A stretch of 63,679 nt of DNA, the filler included, from Collodictyon triciliatum (Eukaryota): the NCBI GenBank assembly GCA_043381765.1. It is 6 parts of 6 records of this genome, joined end to end, with 100 filler letters (N's around TTAATTAATTAA, not from the genome) between each part and the next. Parts side by side here need not be neighbours in the genome. Positions count along the whole stretch, not along the records: positions 31,949 to 42,465 come from JBHJMP010002648.1; positions 42,566 to 53,072 come from JBHJMP010002649.1; 4 more parts are not named here. One strand, 5' to 3'. The translations under genes were made by a program, and so were the position numbers. Every line of letters starts with the position of its first letter. Positions within the stretch are counted from its first letter, which is position 1. Shown piece by piece: positions 32,850-45,383 of this stretch. The notes below the pieces were generated by a model that searched no databases, was not told the origin of the DNA, and saw nothing but the letters and a program-made list of their open reading frames with translations.

Positions 32850-33720
32850 TATCAGAAGACATTTCCAATATTTAGCTGCCCATATGGTCTGAGACTAAAA
32901 CCGCTAAGACAATATAACAGCTTCTACATATTTGTTGGCAGATTCTGTATAACCACTGCAAAATATCAATACCCTAGAACCCACAATTGTCAGCACGACA
33001 AATATACTGGGACAAACGAAAAGGTTTCTGCATCATCAGACAGGTTCATGAAGGCAACTCAGCCACAATAAGAGGAGTTTCATTCAAAGACGATGGCTCA
33101 TACGTCACATGCCAGACTCTATCACATTTCACACGCAAGGTGCACAACCAACCACGATGAATCCATTGAGCACATATTTGTGCAATGTCCCTTATCTCAA
33201 ACCCTGCGCGAAACAGCTGGTGAGATTCTTCGACTGACACTCAAGACAGCTGCGGCTGTTTGCCCAATCCAGGCGATATTTGGAACTCTGAAACAATTGC
33301 ATCCAGATGCAAAAACACTCTGGGCAGTGACGCAAGGCCATTTGCTATGGACTTTGTGGATAGCGCGCATATACTCACGCAAAGCAAGACTCAACAACCA
33401 GCCACCCATTCCTGATAACAGGCTGAATGACATCATACAAATCTCTTTCCTCAGTATCTTTCTTCGCCACCTGCACGTTCTTTATTACTCCGACCCTGTG
33501 AGAAGAAACATGTGGAAAGAAGCTGAGAAGGAGATTAAACCTCGCCTTGTATCTCTCATGCAAGCACAAGACTCTGGCTATTGGCCAAACCGCAGGATGC
33601 AATTCCTGATTACCGACTACTTCTCCGCCAACCGGCCACCAAGTAGCGTCCATGCAAACGATGGCTCGTGAATCAAAACCAACATCTCCACCATCCTGCA
33701 CAAAACTGAAAGGAAGAATA
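32850..33720 (+). mobile_element. 3' fragment of an L1/Tx1-like non-LTR retrotransposon (ORF2 zinc-finger/C-terminal region), degenerate
   Basis: DESIEHIFVQCP..LLWTLWIAR resembles the zf-RVT/C-terminal signature. From ~33156 to ~33718 it is a close DNA match to the copy at 52390-53072 on another contig. Confidence 0.75.
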
Positions 33721-35943
33721 TAAAATTGGACAAATGGTGAAGAGGGTAAAAGTGAAAAAATATTTGGGGCTAATATCTCGCTTATCCAAATGAGCAAGTT
33801 GGTCGCTGAATGAAAGTGAATAACCAGGAATAAGCCGTATAGCTAATATTTTTTTCATTTCCTTTGCTCCAATCACATTTTTCAATATAGTTTTTCCTGA
33901 TGTTTTGTTGCATTTTTACGAACAACCGGAAGTATTGCAACCGCATGTAATAAAATACTAACCGATACAAGATTTGATTAATTCTCACACATATACAAAT
34001 TCACATTATAATCAAAAGCACCAGAATATCGATTCAGATAAGTCCAAGTGAAAAACATATTCGTGTGCATCAAATATCGCAGTTTTTGATTGTTCGATTT
34101 CTGTCTATTGGATGAAAGGGGATACAGTCGCGATTCATAAAGCAGTCAATAAAAGCACTTTGATACCTTTCACTGTGCAAATTGTTGTTTTTGAAAGCAC
34201 TGCAGACATGTTTCAATGTTGGAATCTGAAATCTAATGTAATACCATCTTGACTTCCTCTCTATTTGGCACTCTCTTCTTTCTTTTCAAATGCTTGTTTA
34301 TTAATTATATCACAGAAAACGAACGCACCATTCCTTTGTTTGTATTTTATGGTTTTTTATTTTAAAAAAAATAAAAGGCTGATATTTGGTGCAGTTATAA
34401 GCGACACATGCTGCCAATTGAGTTTCTTCCTTGACCCGTTTTGGTGGCTTTCAAAAACTAGGCAAAAAGCAATGGTATGTTTTTCTGGTTTACTTTATAT
34501 ATTTACTATTTTAAAATACATAAGTGATCTTATTGATATGTAAAAACATGATTTTTTCAGCAGACTACTGCCAGAATTCCTTTTTGATGTAAGTTATAGA
34601 TTCTCGGCTACCTTTGAGGTCGATGTGGCTAATTGATTTTTCTTTCCCTTTGTATTTAGTTCAAGGAAGGAGGGGGTTTAGTATTTTTTTCAGTCTGACG
34701 TAGTTGTATGCGCCTTGTTTGAAAGCAATGACGCGTTGGATTCGGATGCAGGCCGGCCTGGTATGGAAACTGAATTTGTGGTTCATCACTATGCATGTAT
34801 GAAGGCCGAGGATAGTTACAACCCTAAAGGGCTGCAACTAACAGGAGCCCTTACCTGGATTCGACTCAAGGTCAATTACCCCTGAAGGTAAATGAATGCA
34901 AGTAAAAATTACTTCGTGTTAAAATAAATATAAGGGCAGATTCAGCATCTTATTGAATAAGGAATTGCGCATTCGAGGTCAGCAGTACAGAGAAAGAGTT
35001 GAACATCGAAAAGGCATCTGCGCGATTGTAATGGCCATGTTATCATGAGAACACATCGCTGAGGGGTAAAATTATCATCATTTATTATTCATTTATGAGA
35101 TATTACATATTTTGCATTTTTTTGATTAATAGTTCATATCCCAGACATAAATTAAAAGCCAACTGGCCAAGATAAGATTTTTGCGCACGAAGAAAAAATG
35201 GACGAAAAGCCCCCAGCAAGGATTATGGACATCTATGTGATTTTTATTTTTACATGGCGTAATTTCTTGCTAATTTCACTGCAAATCTAAGCCTTTCAAA
35301 TAAATAGGATGAGAACATAAAAAAAGTGACAGAGGTCGAAATCAACACACGCTTCAGCAAAAGTGTTTGTGGCATATGTGTCACTCAATAAAACAGTTTT
35401 GCAGTTCTACTGGGTCAAATATCATTTTGCTTTGGCTGTATCATGTCAGCCGTCAGCAATTCAAATAAAAGTCTGGTGTTTGGATGCACAATTTGTACCA
35501 AACTAATTCAAATGAATGAAAAAAGGCGGTGAGCATCTTATATAACGTGATTGATTCGCGTTTACAGGATATGAAATCAGGTAAGGACAACTGTGCTAAG
35601 GTCACAAAAAGATTCATATGTTATCCGATGCAAGGAAAGAAGCATTCAGAATCATGCCAAAAAATAAATGTCTTGTCTGCGTTGAGAAAGGGCGATATCT
35701 TTACGATTCATGGCAAAATGCAAACCGAATTAAATGATGACAACCATGCTTCTGTGTAAGTAAATATGAATTGATTGTTCAAATTATGTTTTGCTGGTTA
35801 ATGCATATTTAATGAACAATTAATGAATAATATATTAAAAAATATAATTTTATCCACGTTTTATCATTATATGTTGTTATTATATGAAAATTTATTATAT
35901 GTTTTTTGCATTCAAAGTATTCGAATTTGGAGCTTTACTGTAC

Positions 35944-35944
<1 letters not shown>

Positions 35945-36020
<76 letters not shown>
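35945..36020. repeat. Poly(A) tract (~75 nt)
   Basis: Direct reading. Confidence 0.9.
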
Positions 36021-36023
<3 letters not shown>

Positions 36024-38512
36024 AGAAAACTACGCAATCAAAAGAGGGTTCATGTTGAACTGTTTTTGACCATTTTGTCCTGAAACTGCATTAAAAAGCG
36101 CCCATTGTGAAGAAAGTGACTGTATACGCCACAAAATAGGCAAATCATCTAATCAACAATTATATTGTGCCAATTTAATAATCTGCCTTAAAAATACAAG
36201 AGCTTTACTGTTCATAACGCCAGCTGGCAAGATGCATAATTTTGTTGAGGTAAAATCATTCAGGTATGTATATCATAATTATTTTTACAAATAGGTTTAT
36301 GCGTACTCTTTTTTTTACATATGAAAAATATTTCATGAATAACAAACATTTAGAACCACACAAACTGCAAATAAACAACAAACGAGCCAGATATTTTAAG
36401 AAAGTTTAGGCAGGCAAGTATAATTTTTCAATGAAAGGCTAAAAATCTAGAGATAGAAGTCTATTTTGTAAGTAGCAGTAACGCCCAATAAACAAATATC
36501 ATTGAAATTGTATTTTATCATTTGCATGTCATATATGTTTTATGATTTGATATGTATATCTTTGGCTAATATTAGATCATATTATTTAAAATATGGAATC
36601 CTTGAAGCAGTGTGTCCTTGATCAACTGGAAAAGCCAAAAGACGAGTTAGTCTGTGACATGCACGCAATTTACATCGCCGATAAAGCCATACGCGTGCTC
36701 ATCAAATAGTCTGAAAAAAAAGTATTCACAGTGTCAAACGGGAACGTAATTCACTTGATTAAGAAAATATATGTATTTATCTTTCACTCCAAAAAAATTG
36801 ACACATCATTGAAGTATCCCCGCTTCAGATTATCTCTAGTGTGCTACGATTTATATTGAAAGAATAAAAGATATAATATGAGCGAATCATTCTGTTTGAA
36901 TGAAATGCCACAGAATTCACACCAAAACATAACACGAGGCTTACCACAAAATCTCTATCATCTCACACAAATAAAAAAAGCACAGAGGTCACCCTGCATG
37001 AATATTTTATCACATTTCTGCATTTTCTACATATAACGCAGCAAATATTAAAGCTTTTTATGGTTTTTCTACACTCAAGCTCAAGTTTAGCGTCCATGAA
37101 TCGTATTTGCTCATCACCAGAACGAAAAATATTAATACCACAGACGAAGTAATGCAGATGGTTTTCACACAGTTCGCAACAGCCTCAGCTACACATGTAC
37201 CTGTATTAATGTGCAAATAAAATGCCTTATTTTGGTGCACAGACCGAAAGTAATTGCTGTTTCTGATAAAAGACTCATTGCGTTTGCATGCTTTAAAGAC
37301 CATCAAAAGAAGCTTTGCCTTAACGATTTGACATTACTCAAATATATTGGAGGCAAAAAGGTTTGAGAAAATAAAATTCAATTGCATGCTCTCGGTTACT
37401 TTTGATAGCCAAGGAATTTTGGATGTGACAGACTCTGGTAACCAGATAATGCAAAAGCTTAACAAAAAAAAAAAAAAAAAGTTCAGTTTATTTACACTAT
37501 GAAAGGTAAAGGCAAAATCAGCGACTCCATAGACTCGCTTGTTGATCATGTGCGTGTCAATGCAGAGAACAGGCTCCTGGTTCGATGCGCTGATTACGAG
37601 TTTATGGGCATATTCTAAAAGTACGACATTTATGAAGGCGTCATCGGACTGGAACATCCAACAAGATTCGAAGCCTGGAGGCATATATTCCGAGCCCCAT
37701 ATGGTATTATGGTGATTGTGGAAACAAAAGTGAAATAATACATCTATAATGTTCAAAATGCAGTCCAACACAAGATTATCCTGGAAGGTTGTCATGGGTG
37801 CCTGCTTCGGAAGTAATAGCATATTATTATATTATATATCATAAGTTCTTTACACATATTCGTTTCCTTTTTCATCTCTTATTTAAAACACATATTTGTT
37901 GCATTCAAAATTTAAAATATTGGAAGTAAAAAGTTATAACACATCTCCAAAACAAGTCCATTCTGAAAGGAGTAAAATAAGATATATGTAATCATAAAAA
38001 AGTCAACGTATAATGCCTTTCATTTTTTTTTTTTTGTCAACTAAACAAAAACCCAACATCCCCTATCTCACAATTTGTAAGGAAGGCTAAAAATAGTAAT
38101 TATGATGCGTATCTTATGAAGTTACTATTATTCGGCAATATATAGCGTTTTGCACGATTTATTCTCGCAGTGATACTTGCAGCCGGTCGATGCAGAATCA
38201 GACACTGGATGGAGGTTGAAGGTCGGTGTGATATAGCACGATGCAAACCGGGTAACTTCTCAGGGAGTTCAAAGTATGTCCCTTTTTTTTCTTTCTCCTT
38301 AACTTCTAGGTATCATTAGCAAGCTAAACCAATATATCAGGGTCTTTTTCCAATTCCTATGCTCCTTTTCCCTCTCTCTTTTCTTTCTTAATATCGAATC
38401 ATTTTTTTCCTTTTCTCGTCGGCGAAAAAAAAAAAAAAAAACTACGGCTGATTTAGCTCTTTAAAGTACTAGCGTAGTACCATTATCCTTATGTTTATTT
38501 CGGATTTGAGGG

Positions 38513-41500
38513 TTAGGAATGTTTGGGACTGGAGTAACCCAGTTGGGATGCGCTTGAAGAAGCAGAGGGGCGCTGCGGACTCATACTGTAGGACATGCGC
38601 TTGGCATCGTGGAGCGAATCTTTCAGAAACTGGCTGTGGGTTGGTTTGAGATGATGAGAGATGATGAGAGATGATGAGAGATGATGAGAGATGATGAGAG
38701 ATGATGAGAGATGATGAGAAATGATGAGAGATGATGAGAGATGATGAGAGATGATGAGAGATGATGAGAGATGATGAGAGATGATGAGAGATGATGAGAG
38801 ATGATGAGAGATGATGAGAGATGATGTAAAATGATGTAAAATGATGTAAAATGATGTAAAATGATGTAAAATGATGTAAAATGATGTAAAATGATGAGAA
38901 ATGATGAAGGATTTTACCGTGTATCACCAAGGATTGCATCAACTTCTTCGAGAAAACTTGTCTGCAAGCGAATAAACCTATGTTGGATTGTAGGAGAATA
39001 TTGATAATTTTTCAGTCAAGGAACTAAGCAAAACAAAATTATAGCTCATAAAAGGAGAAGTGGGGTCAAATAACTAAGATAGTGGCGAAGAAGAGAAACC
39101 TGGAGCCAAAATCTCCAGGAGATGATGTTAGTTCAAGGGCTTGCTTCTGGTACTCCACAGAAATACTTGATATCTGTGAGGATACATGATTTGACTTTTA
39201 TTTTCTATTGTGTTTATACATAAAGCGAAGAAAATGTGGTCTTTTTTTTTCCAAAGACGTTTATTATAGCACGAGCGATAAGAACCTTGTGGAATAAGAG
39301 ATTCAGGAATCCTTCAACTTTTGTATGCATCCAGAAAACCCCATTCATGAAGCCAGTATCTATCGCACATATAGTTACATTTAATAAATTCGTCAAAATG
39401 CCATAATAAGATAATCATATACACATTTGGCCTTATGGTATTTAATAGTATCGATTAAGTCAACATGAAATAATTAATTCAAGGCTAACCATCCCTGGTA
39501 GGACTCCTTTCGATTCCTTGCTGTTGCAATCCAAAAAAAAAAAAATACTCAGTGCCATTGTGCGAATTGGTTTGCATAAGAAACAATCTAAATATTGCTT
39601 AATTGATGAAAAGAAAACCTGTTCTGACATAGACTCAAAAGCACTTAAACTAGACTCCAGGAGATGTGCATACTTGCTATCGACCTGTCCGGTTTTCCTG
39701 TTGGCTAGTAGGAATAATATGTAATAGATAGTTTTGATTACCAAAATTGCACATCTTTATACCTTTGAGACTCCTAGAAATTATACGAATTTTTATTTTG
39801 CAGTAATATTCTCAGCAAATGTGTTTTGACTTTTATGATTGCAGTATAATACGGAGATTTCGTTTTGGTTTGGAAGAAAATGTTTTGCTAGTAATTTTTT
39901 AAAATAAGAATAAACGTTGTGTATGTACGTACATTCGAGAGCCTTTTTCAGCTCTTTTTTTAAATATTGAATTTTGCCAGCTTTTATGACGCTGTCATAC
40001 GGCATCCTTTTCGCATAAAATATGACTTTTGAGTTTTTGAATCAGATATTTAAATAACCATCATCTATAAATTAAAAAAAAATAATGACCTGCTTTTCCA
40101 TTCTTTTTGGAGCACTAATGATATCATGAGAAAATAATTCAATATAAGCAATTGTATCAAATGCAGTCATGTTATTTTTAATTCATAGACAAACAGTTCA
40201 AAATAATTTTATTTACATTCCCAGATTATACTAACATGATATTTCCTCTGCGTGTTGGGTTTTAATCCGGGTAATTTTCTTTTCCTCTCTATCTCGAAAG
40301 ATATGGTTCATCGTTCTAAGATAGATAACAGTTTTTTTTATATTAATAAAGCTTTCTGTGCATTATGGATACAAAACTGTGAGTATTCTGAAACTAGGCA
40401 AGCTTGTAAACTATTATTTCTTTATTTTTTAGTTTCATTTTTATTATTTAGAAATTGTAGCGAATATTACTGAATAAAGTCGTTTATCAACAACGGATCA
40501 ACTTCTGGCAGATATTTTTTCATGAAGAACTGATTGTGTTTGAGATTAATTAGACCTGTCGCAAGGATACCAATTTAATTTTATGCCATATCAGATAGGA
40601 TGAAAACAAACATGGGCTATCTGATGAATTTGTTCCGGAATCCAGTTGTCGCGTTCTTTTTTTGATGCTATTTGCGGTATGTCAGATTTTCTGATTCGGT
40701 CCTACGAAAATGGTTCAAACATGAATGTTTGTGTATATATAGAATCACAATCAGTGTACAAATCACATACCATAACAGGTGGTGATATAACCTCATCTAT
40801 CTCTGACTGAGAAAAAGCATATATCTGTAAATAAGTAAATAAGTAAATAAGTAAATAAGTAAATAAGTAAATAAGTAAATAAGTAAATAAGTAAATAAGT
40901 AAATAAATAAATATAAAAATAAATAAATAAATAAACAGTACATGGAAGCCCTTTATATTAAGCTTATGCTACACGTATTTGAATCGAATGAAGGATAAAA
41001 AAAAATAAGGAAAAAAGGAGAACGTATGCTACACATGAGAAATTATAGAAAAACCAGTTTCTACATGTATATAATTTTTTTTTTTTTGTTTTTGTTAAGG
41101 GTGGTATCGTAGCCTATGGAACCTTTTTCTTGGCACCGTGGCGAGGAACCACGAAGGATAGCCCAGAGCTATCTCTGGCATCATTTAAAAAGTCTTGGAA
41201 TTCCACGGTTGAAGCGAGTAATTGAATCAACCTTGCATTATTATGCTGATAAGATTGACCAATGCGAGATGAATATGACAAAATTTCATTTTAGAATGAG
41301 GCACAAAGTAAAGCAATTAAATTTTATAATTTAATCATCGGTATAAATATAAGAAAGAAAACAAATGAAAAAGTAAAGAAATGGAAAACCCTAAGCTTCT
41401 CTATCTCGTACAAGACCATCTCGTCATTCTAGGGTGGTTAAAACATTAAATCTTCCAGTTCTGCATTTAAATAACATGAGAGTCTTTCAAGACAAAATTC

Positions 41501-42322
41501 CATTAAAATTCTGACCTTTTTTCTTGTCTCGAGAACCTCGATATCAGCTTGTAATCTATCATTTAGCCGATTGACTCAGTAAACAAGTGATAGATTAAAT
41601 ATAAAAATTATTTTGTTGTCGAAGAACCTTGCAATATCCGACCGAAGCAGATCGTTTTCCCGATTCAAATCTACCGATTTATATTTTGATTCAGATAAAA
41701 TAGGAAGTGAAAGTGTATTGAGATAGCTTGATGTCTTTGGTGCTTTTACTAGAATCATCTATCCACAGTATAAAGCAAACATGAAAGTTGGGCTTCTGAA
41801 TCCAAAAGCTTTTTTTCTGTTTCTTTTGCAGCATAAAGTTGGCTTTGTAGAATGGAAATATCATTTGACTTTTTTGATAATTCTTCTTCCTAAGGGCATA
41901 GATTTATTTCAGAAAATACCCGAAATGTCATACGATGATGATATTATTGTTTCGATTATTATTATTATTATTATTATTTTTAAAAAAAAGGATAAAATAT
42001 CACCATGACTCTGACTTGGCCCCTGATATTTTCTACTTCGAATTGATTGGACCTGATTTGCATGGTATGCTTAGAAAGCTCTGATTCTTTGTGTCGAATT
42101 AGCTCAGACTGTTCTTGGATTTTGACTTGCGCTTTCTATATACATGTAATTAATCCCAAAAAAAGTCATTTACTGTTGCAGCATGTGCCGGTTCATCTAG
42201 AGAATAAAAGTAACAAAAAAAATGAGAGATAAGAAAAAAAAAGAAAGAGAAACCGTAATTGATTCGTTTGCTGACTTGAAAGAGGCAGATGCGGCATCCT
42301 TTTCAGCTGCTAGCTGTTTCAC
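38513..42322 (-). CDS. Long coiled-coil protein, C-terminal exons (centrosome/basal-body-like); 5'-truncated
   Basis: Phase-consistent GT-AG exons where checked: VKQLAAEKDAASASFK, KAQVKIQEQSELIRHKESEL, DRIRKSDIPQ..NWIPEQIHQIAH|FFMKKYLPEVDPLLINDFIQ|TMNHIFRDREEKKITRIKTQHAEEIS|LLQKEWKSR|MPYDSVIKAGKIQYLKKELKK..SSPKHS-stop. The functional guess rests on heptad character only. Confidence 0.7.
38648..38906. repeat. Compound decamer minisatellite (ATGATGAGAG)n + (ATGATGTAAA)n filling the last intron of the coiled-coil gene
   Basis: Direct reading; two in-register variants of a 10-bp unit. Confidence 0.92.
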
Positions 42323-42465
42323 CTTTACAAGATGGAACATAAAGTGTGAGCAATATATTTTTTATTGAAAAAAAAGAAAAAGAAAAAGAAAAAGAAAAAG
42401 AAAAAGAAAAAGAAAAAGAAAAAGAAAAAGAAAAAGAAAAAGAAAAAGAAAAAGAAAAAGAAAAA

Positions 42466-42565
42466 NNNNNNNNNNNNNNNNNNNNNNNNNNNNNNNNNNN
42501 NNNNNNNNNTTAATTAATTAANNNNNNNNNNNNNNNNNNNNNNNNNNNNNNNNNNNNNNNNNNNN
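42466..42565. other. Artificial contig spacer
   Basis: 44 N + TTAATTAATTAA + 44 N. Confidence 0.97.
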
Positions 42566-43303
42566 GATATCATAGACAGGAGATAACCGTGACGCTACAT
42601 GTTCACCATCTCATGCAAACATAATTGTCCTCGTGCGATACTTTATCACGCTGGTTTTGTTGGTATCGTATTATTTTTCTTCCTCGTCGCATCTAGACAC
42701 CATGTTTATTTTAATTTTTTATTTTTATTAATTTCTTGAGTGTACTTTATCATCTCGTTGTTCTAACATAAAGTATTTTCCTGCAAATAAATGAAAAAAA
42801 AAAGCTGTTCGGTCGTCGATATGGGCTTCCTCTCAAGAAAAACTTGGCGAACTTGGATATTGGTATATACCGTGCGATTGTATTCGCCTTTTCTCCTCCT
42901 GTTTGTTATTGTCTAAATGCTGTCATATTCTGATTCTTATATGCATATTCCATGACGCAGATGTGAACGAAAACGTCAACTTATAAGAGAGCGAGTCAAT
43001 TTCTTGGGTACTACGATATTATCACGGGACTACCAGTGTTTTCTACAAACAGTGTCATCGAGATATCTATCAATAAAGAAAATATTTAAAAAAGTGTGAA
43101 GCATAGAGAATTAGACAGAGTCGGATGAAGGTCGGACGAAAAAAAGTCGCGCAGTTTATTCTTCATCCCCTTCGTCCTCATGCTCATGCTCATGCTCATC
43201 CCCATCCCCATCATCTTCTTCATCGTCTTGTTCATTTTTCTTTTCGTCCTCATGCTCATGCTCATGCTCATGCTCATCCCCATCATCTTCTTCATCGTCT
43301 TGT

Positions 43304-44819
43304 TCATTTTTCTTTTCGTCCTCCCCGTTTGGTGGTGGCCAAAAAAAAGTCGTCTTCAACGTCGATCTGGCGGGATCGACCGCTTGAATTAGTTTTTGGA
43401 GTAGAAGTCTTCTGTTTACCATTTGGCTTATTGGTGTTTTCATCTCCGAAATTCAAGCTCACTTGTGGATTAGAGGCTATTTTTCAGAACGACAGTAGTA
43501 TTTACATTAACCAAAAGGACTATCCGATGTAAAAAGAAATACTCCTTTTTCTTTTATCACTGACCTCGAAGAAGGGCGATTTCACGCTCTTTTTTCTTAT
43601 TTGCCTTAATCTCTACTCCCATAATCCTATGTAAAAATAATGAAAAATTTGAGGTGACCTACACGAGATGTAGTCTAAACAAGAGTCAAACATGAAAAAA
43701 AAGGTATAAATCATTAATAGGATGTAACCAACCAAACCCTCTACCACCTCACACAAATCAAAAAGAATGAAAGAGCTCATAAAAACGTTGCAAATGAATC
43801 ATATAATAAATGATGAAATGGGATAATTTCACCCTGACATGTGTAGCACCATTAATTTGTTACAACAAAGCTCAAAATCAGTTGTTAAAATAATTGCACA
43901 CCATATTCACCTTAATTTTTCGATTTGCTCGCGAGTTGCTGGGTCGTTGTCTTTCTTCAAAACTGAAACGTATTCATGACCGGAGGGAAAATTCTACAAA
44001 AAGAAAAATTCCAAAAGATTATATGGGATTAAGAGAGCATTATGGTAATCATATTTTCTACATACCTCGATGTATTGCAAGTCCTTTTCAACATCAGCTA
44101 TCGCTTTTTGTACGGATTCATCTTCCGGGTTAGCCAGTAATTTCTTTTCTAAAGATTGTTTCTTTCTGACCAGTCTTTTCTTTTCTGCAATTTTCATTTC
44201 ATTCTAAGATTAGGCGGCAATACTTGAAACGATTTGACAATTTACAAAAATTGCATTTGAAATAGAAGTAAAAGACCTTACCAACAAACTTCTCCATGCG
44301 GGATTTGTTATCAATACTTCTGACTCGCTGAACCTCTAAAATCGCCTTCTCGATGGATTCTAATTTCTCTAACTCTGCCTGGTAATACTCTCGATCTTTT
44401 TCACTGATGTCCCTCTACCGATTACATATATACAATAAATGAGGTACATCAGGTCGTATACTGTAAAATCGGGGTTTAATAACAAGGATCCAAGAAATTA
44501 GAGAAAAAAAATGAATCATATATTTGAAAAAAAAGGGAAAGAGGATATGGCATACTCGAAGTTTCGACTTTAGAATAATGATCTGGGACTTTAGAGGTTT
44601 TTTTGGAGCCTGCGGTCTATTTCTCCCTTTCTCTTGTGAGGGCTTTTGAACAGAGTATTCGCCCACTTGACTTCTGAATTGTCTTTGGTTTTGATAAGTT
44701 CCCCGGCCTCGGTAAGAATTCTGTCCCCGCCCTTCGCTGTGGCGATTCATTCTCCCATAGCCGTGCTGTTGATTGTAGCCTTCCCTTCCTTGGTACTTGT
44801 TTGATCTTGGGCTCTGCAT
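43304..44819 (-). CDS. EFG1: rRNA-processing protein EFG1-like; an acidic tail lies out of frame at 43156-43340
   Basis: LKSQIIILKSKLR, SRMEKFV|EKKRLVRKKQSLEKKL..IADVEKDLQYIE|NFPSGHEYVSVL and C-terminal IDVEDDFFL match the EFG1 pattern (FFERxKxxR..DLxYxxxFPxxxKYxSL..DDFF). Confidence 0.75.
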
Positions 44820-45383
44820 TCTTTTCTTTCCTTATTTTTTTTCCCCTTCTTCTTTTTTTGATTGGCTTTTAGGGCTCGAAAGTATGCAGGTCTTTCTAAA
44901 GAAAAAAAAACTGGTGGGTGAAAGCCAAAAGTTAAGCAGAGCGAGGCGCAGTCTGAAGAAGGAGAAGAACAAGCTAGTACAGGCTGGCCAGCAAAATTCT
45001 GAGCTCAAGGCTGAACTCCCTACTGGGGGTCGTTGCGCGCCCAGGTATTCACAAGCAGGCTGAATGTTTTTATTTTTTGTTTTTCTTTCCTTTCTTCCCT
45101 TTCTTCCCTTTCTTCGAGTTAAGAGGAGCAGGCTGATTTAAGCCAGAAACTGAGGCGAAGTGGAATCAAACAGAAGCAAGCCACAACCCACAAAGACTTC
45201 ACAAATATGGATTTTATATTAAATTACACATTTTCATTCAATATAGGCACATATATGTTTATGTGTCAAAATACTATATGGATATTACTTAATTAATGGC
45301 TTATAAATCGTTGTAACAACTTTCAACTCCCCTTTTTATCTCTCGTCTCCGTCGCGGTCGGAAGTTGGACAAGCGCCATAGAC

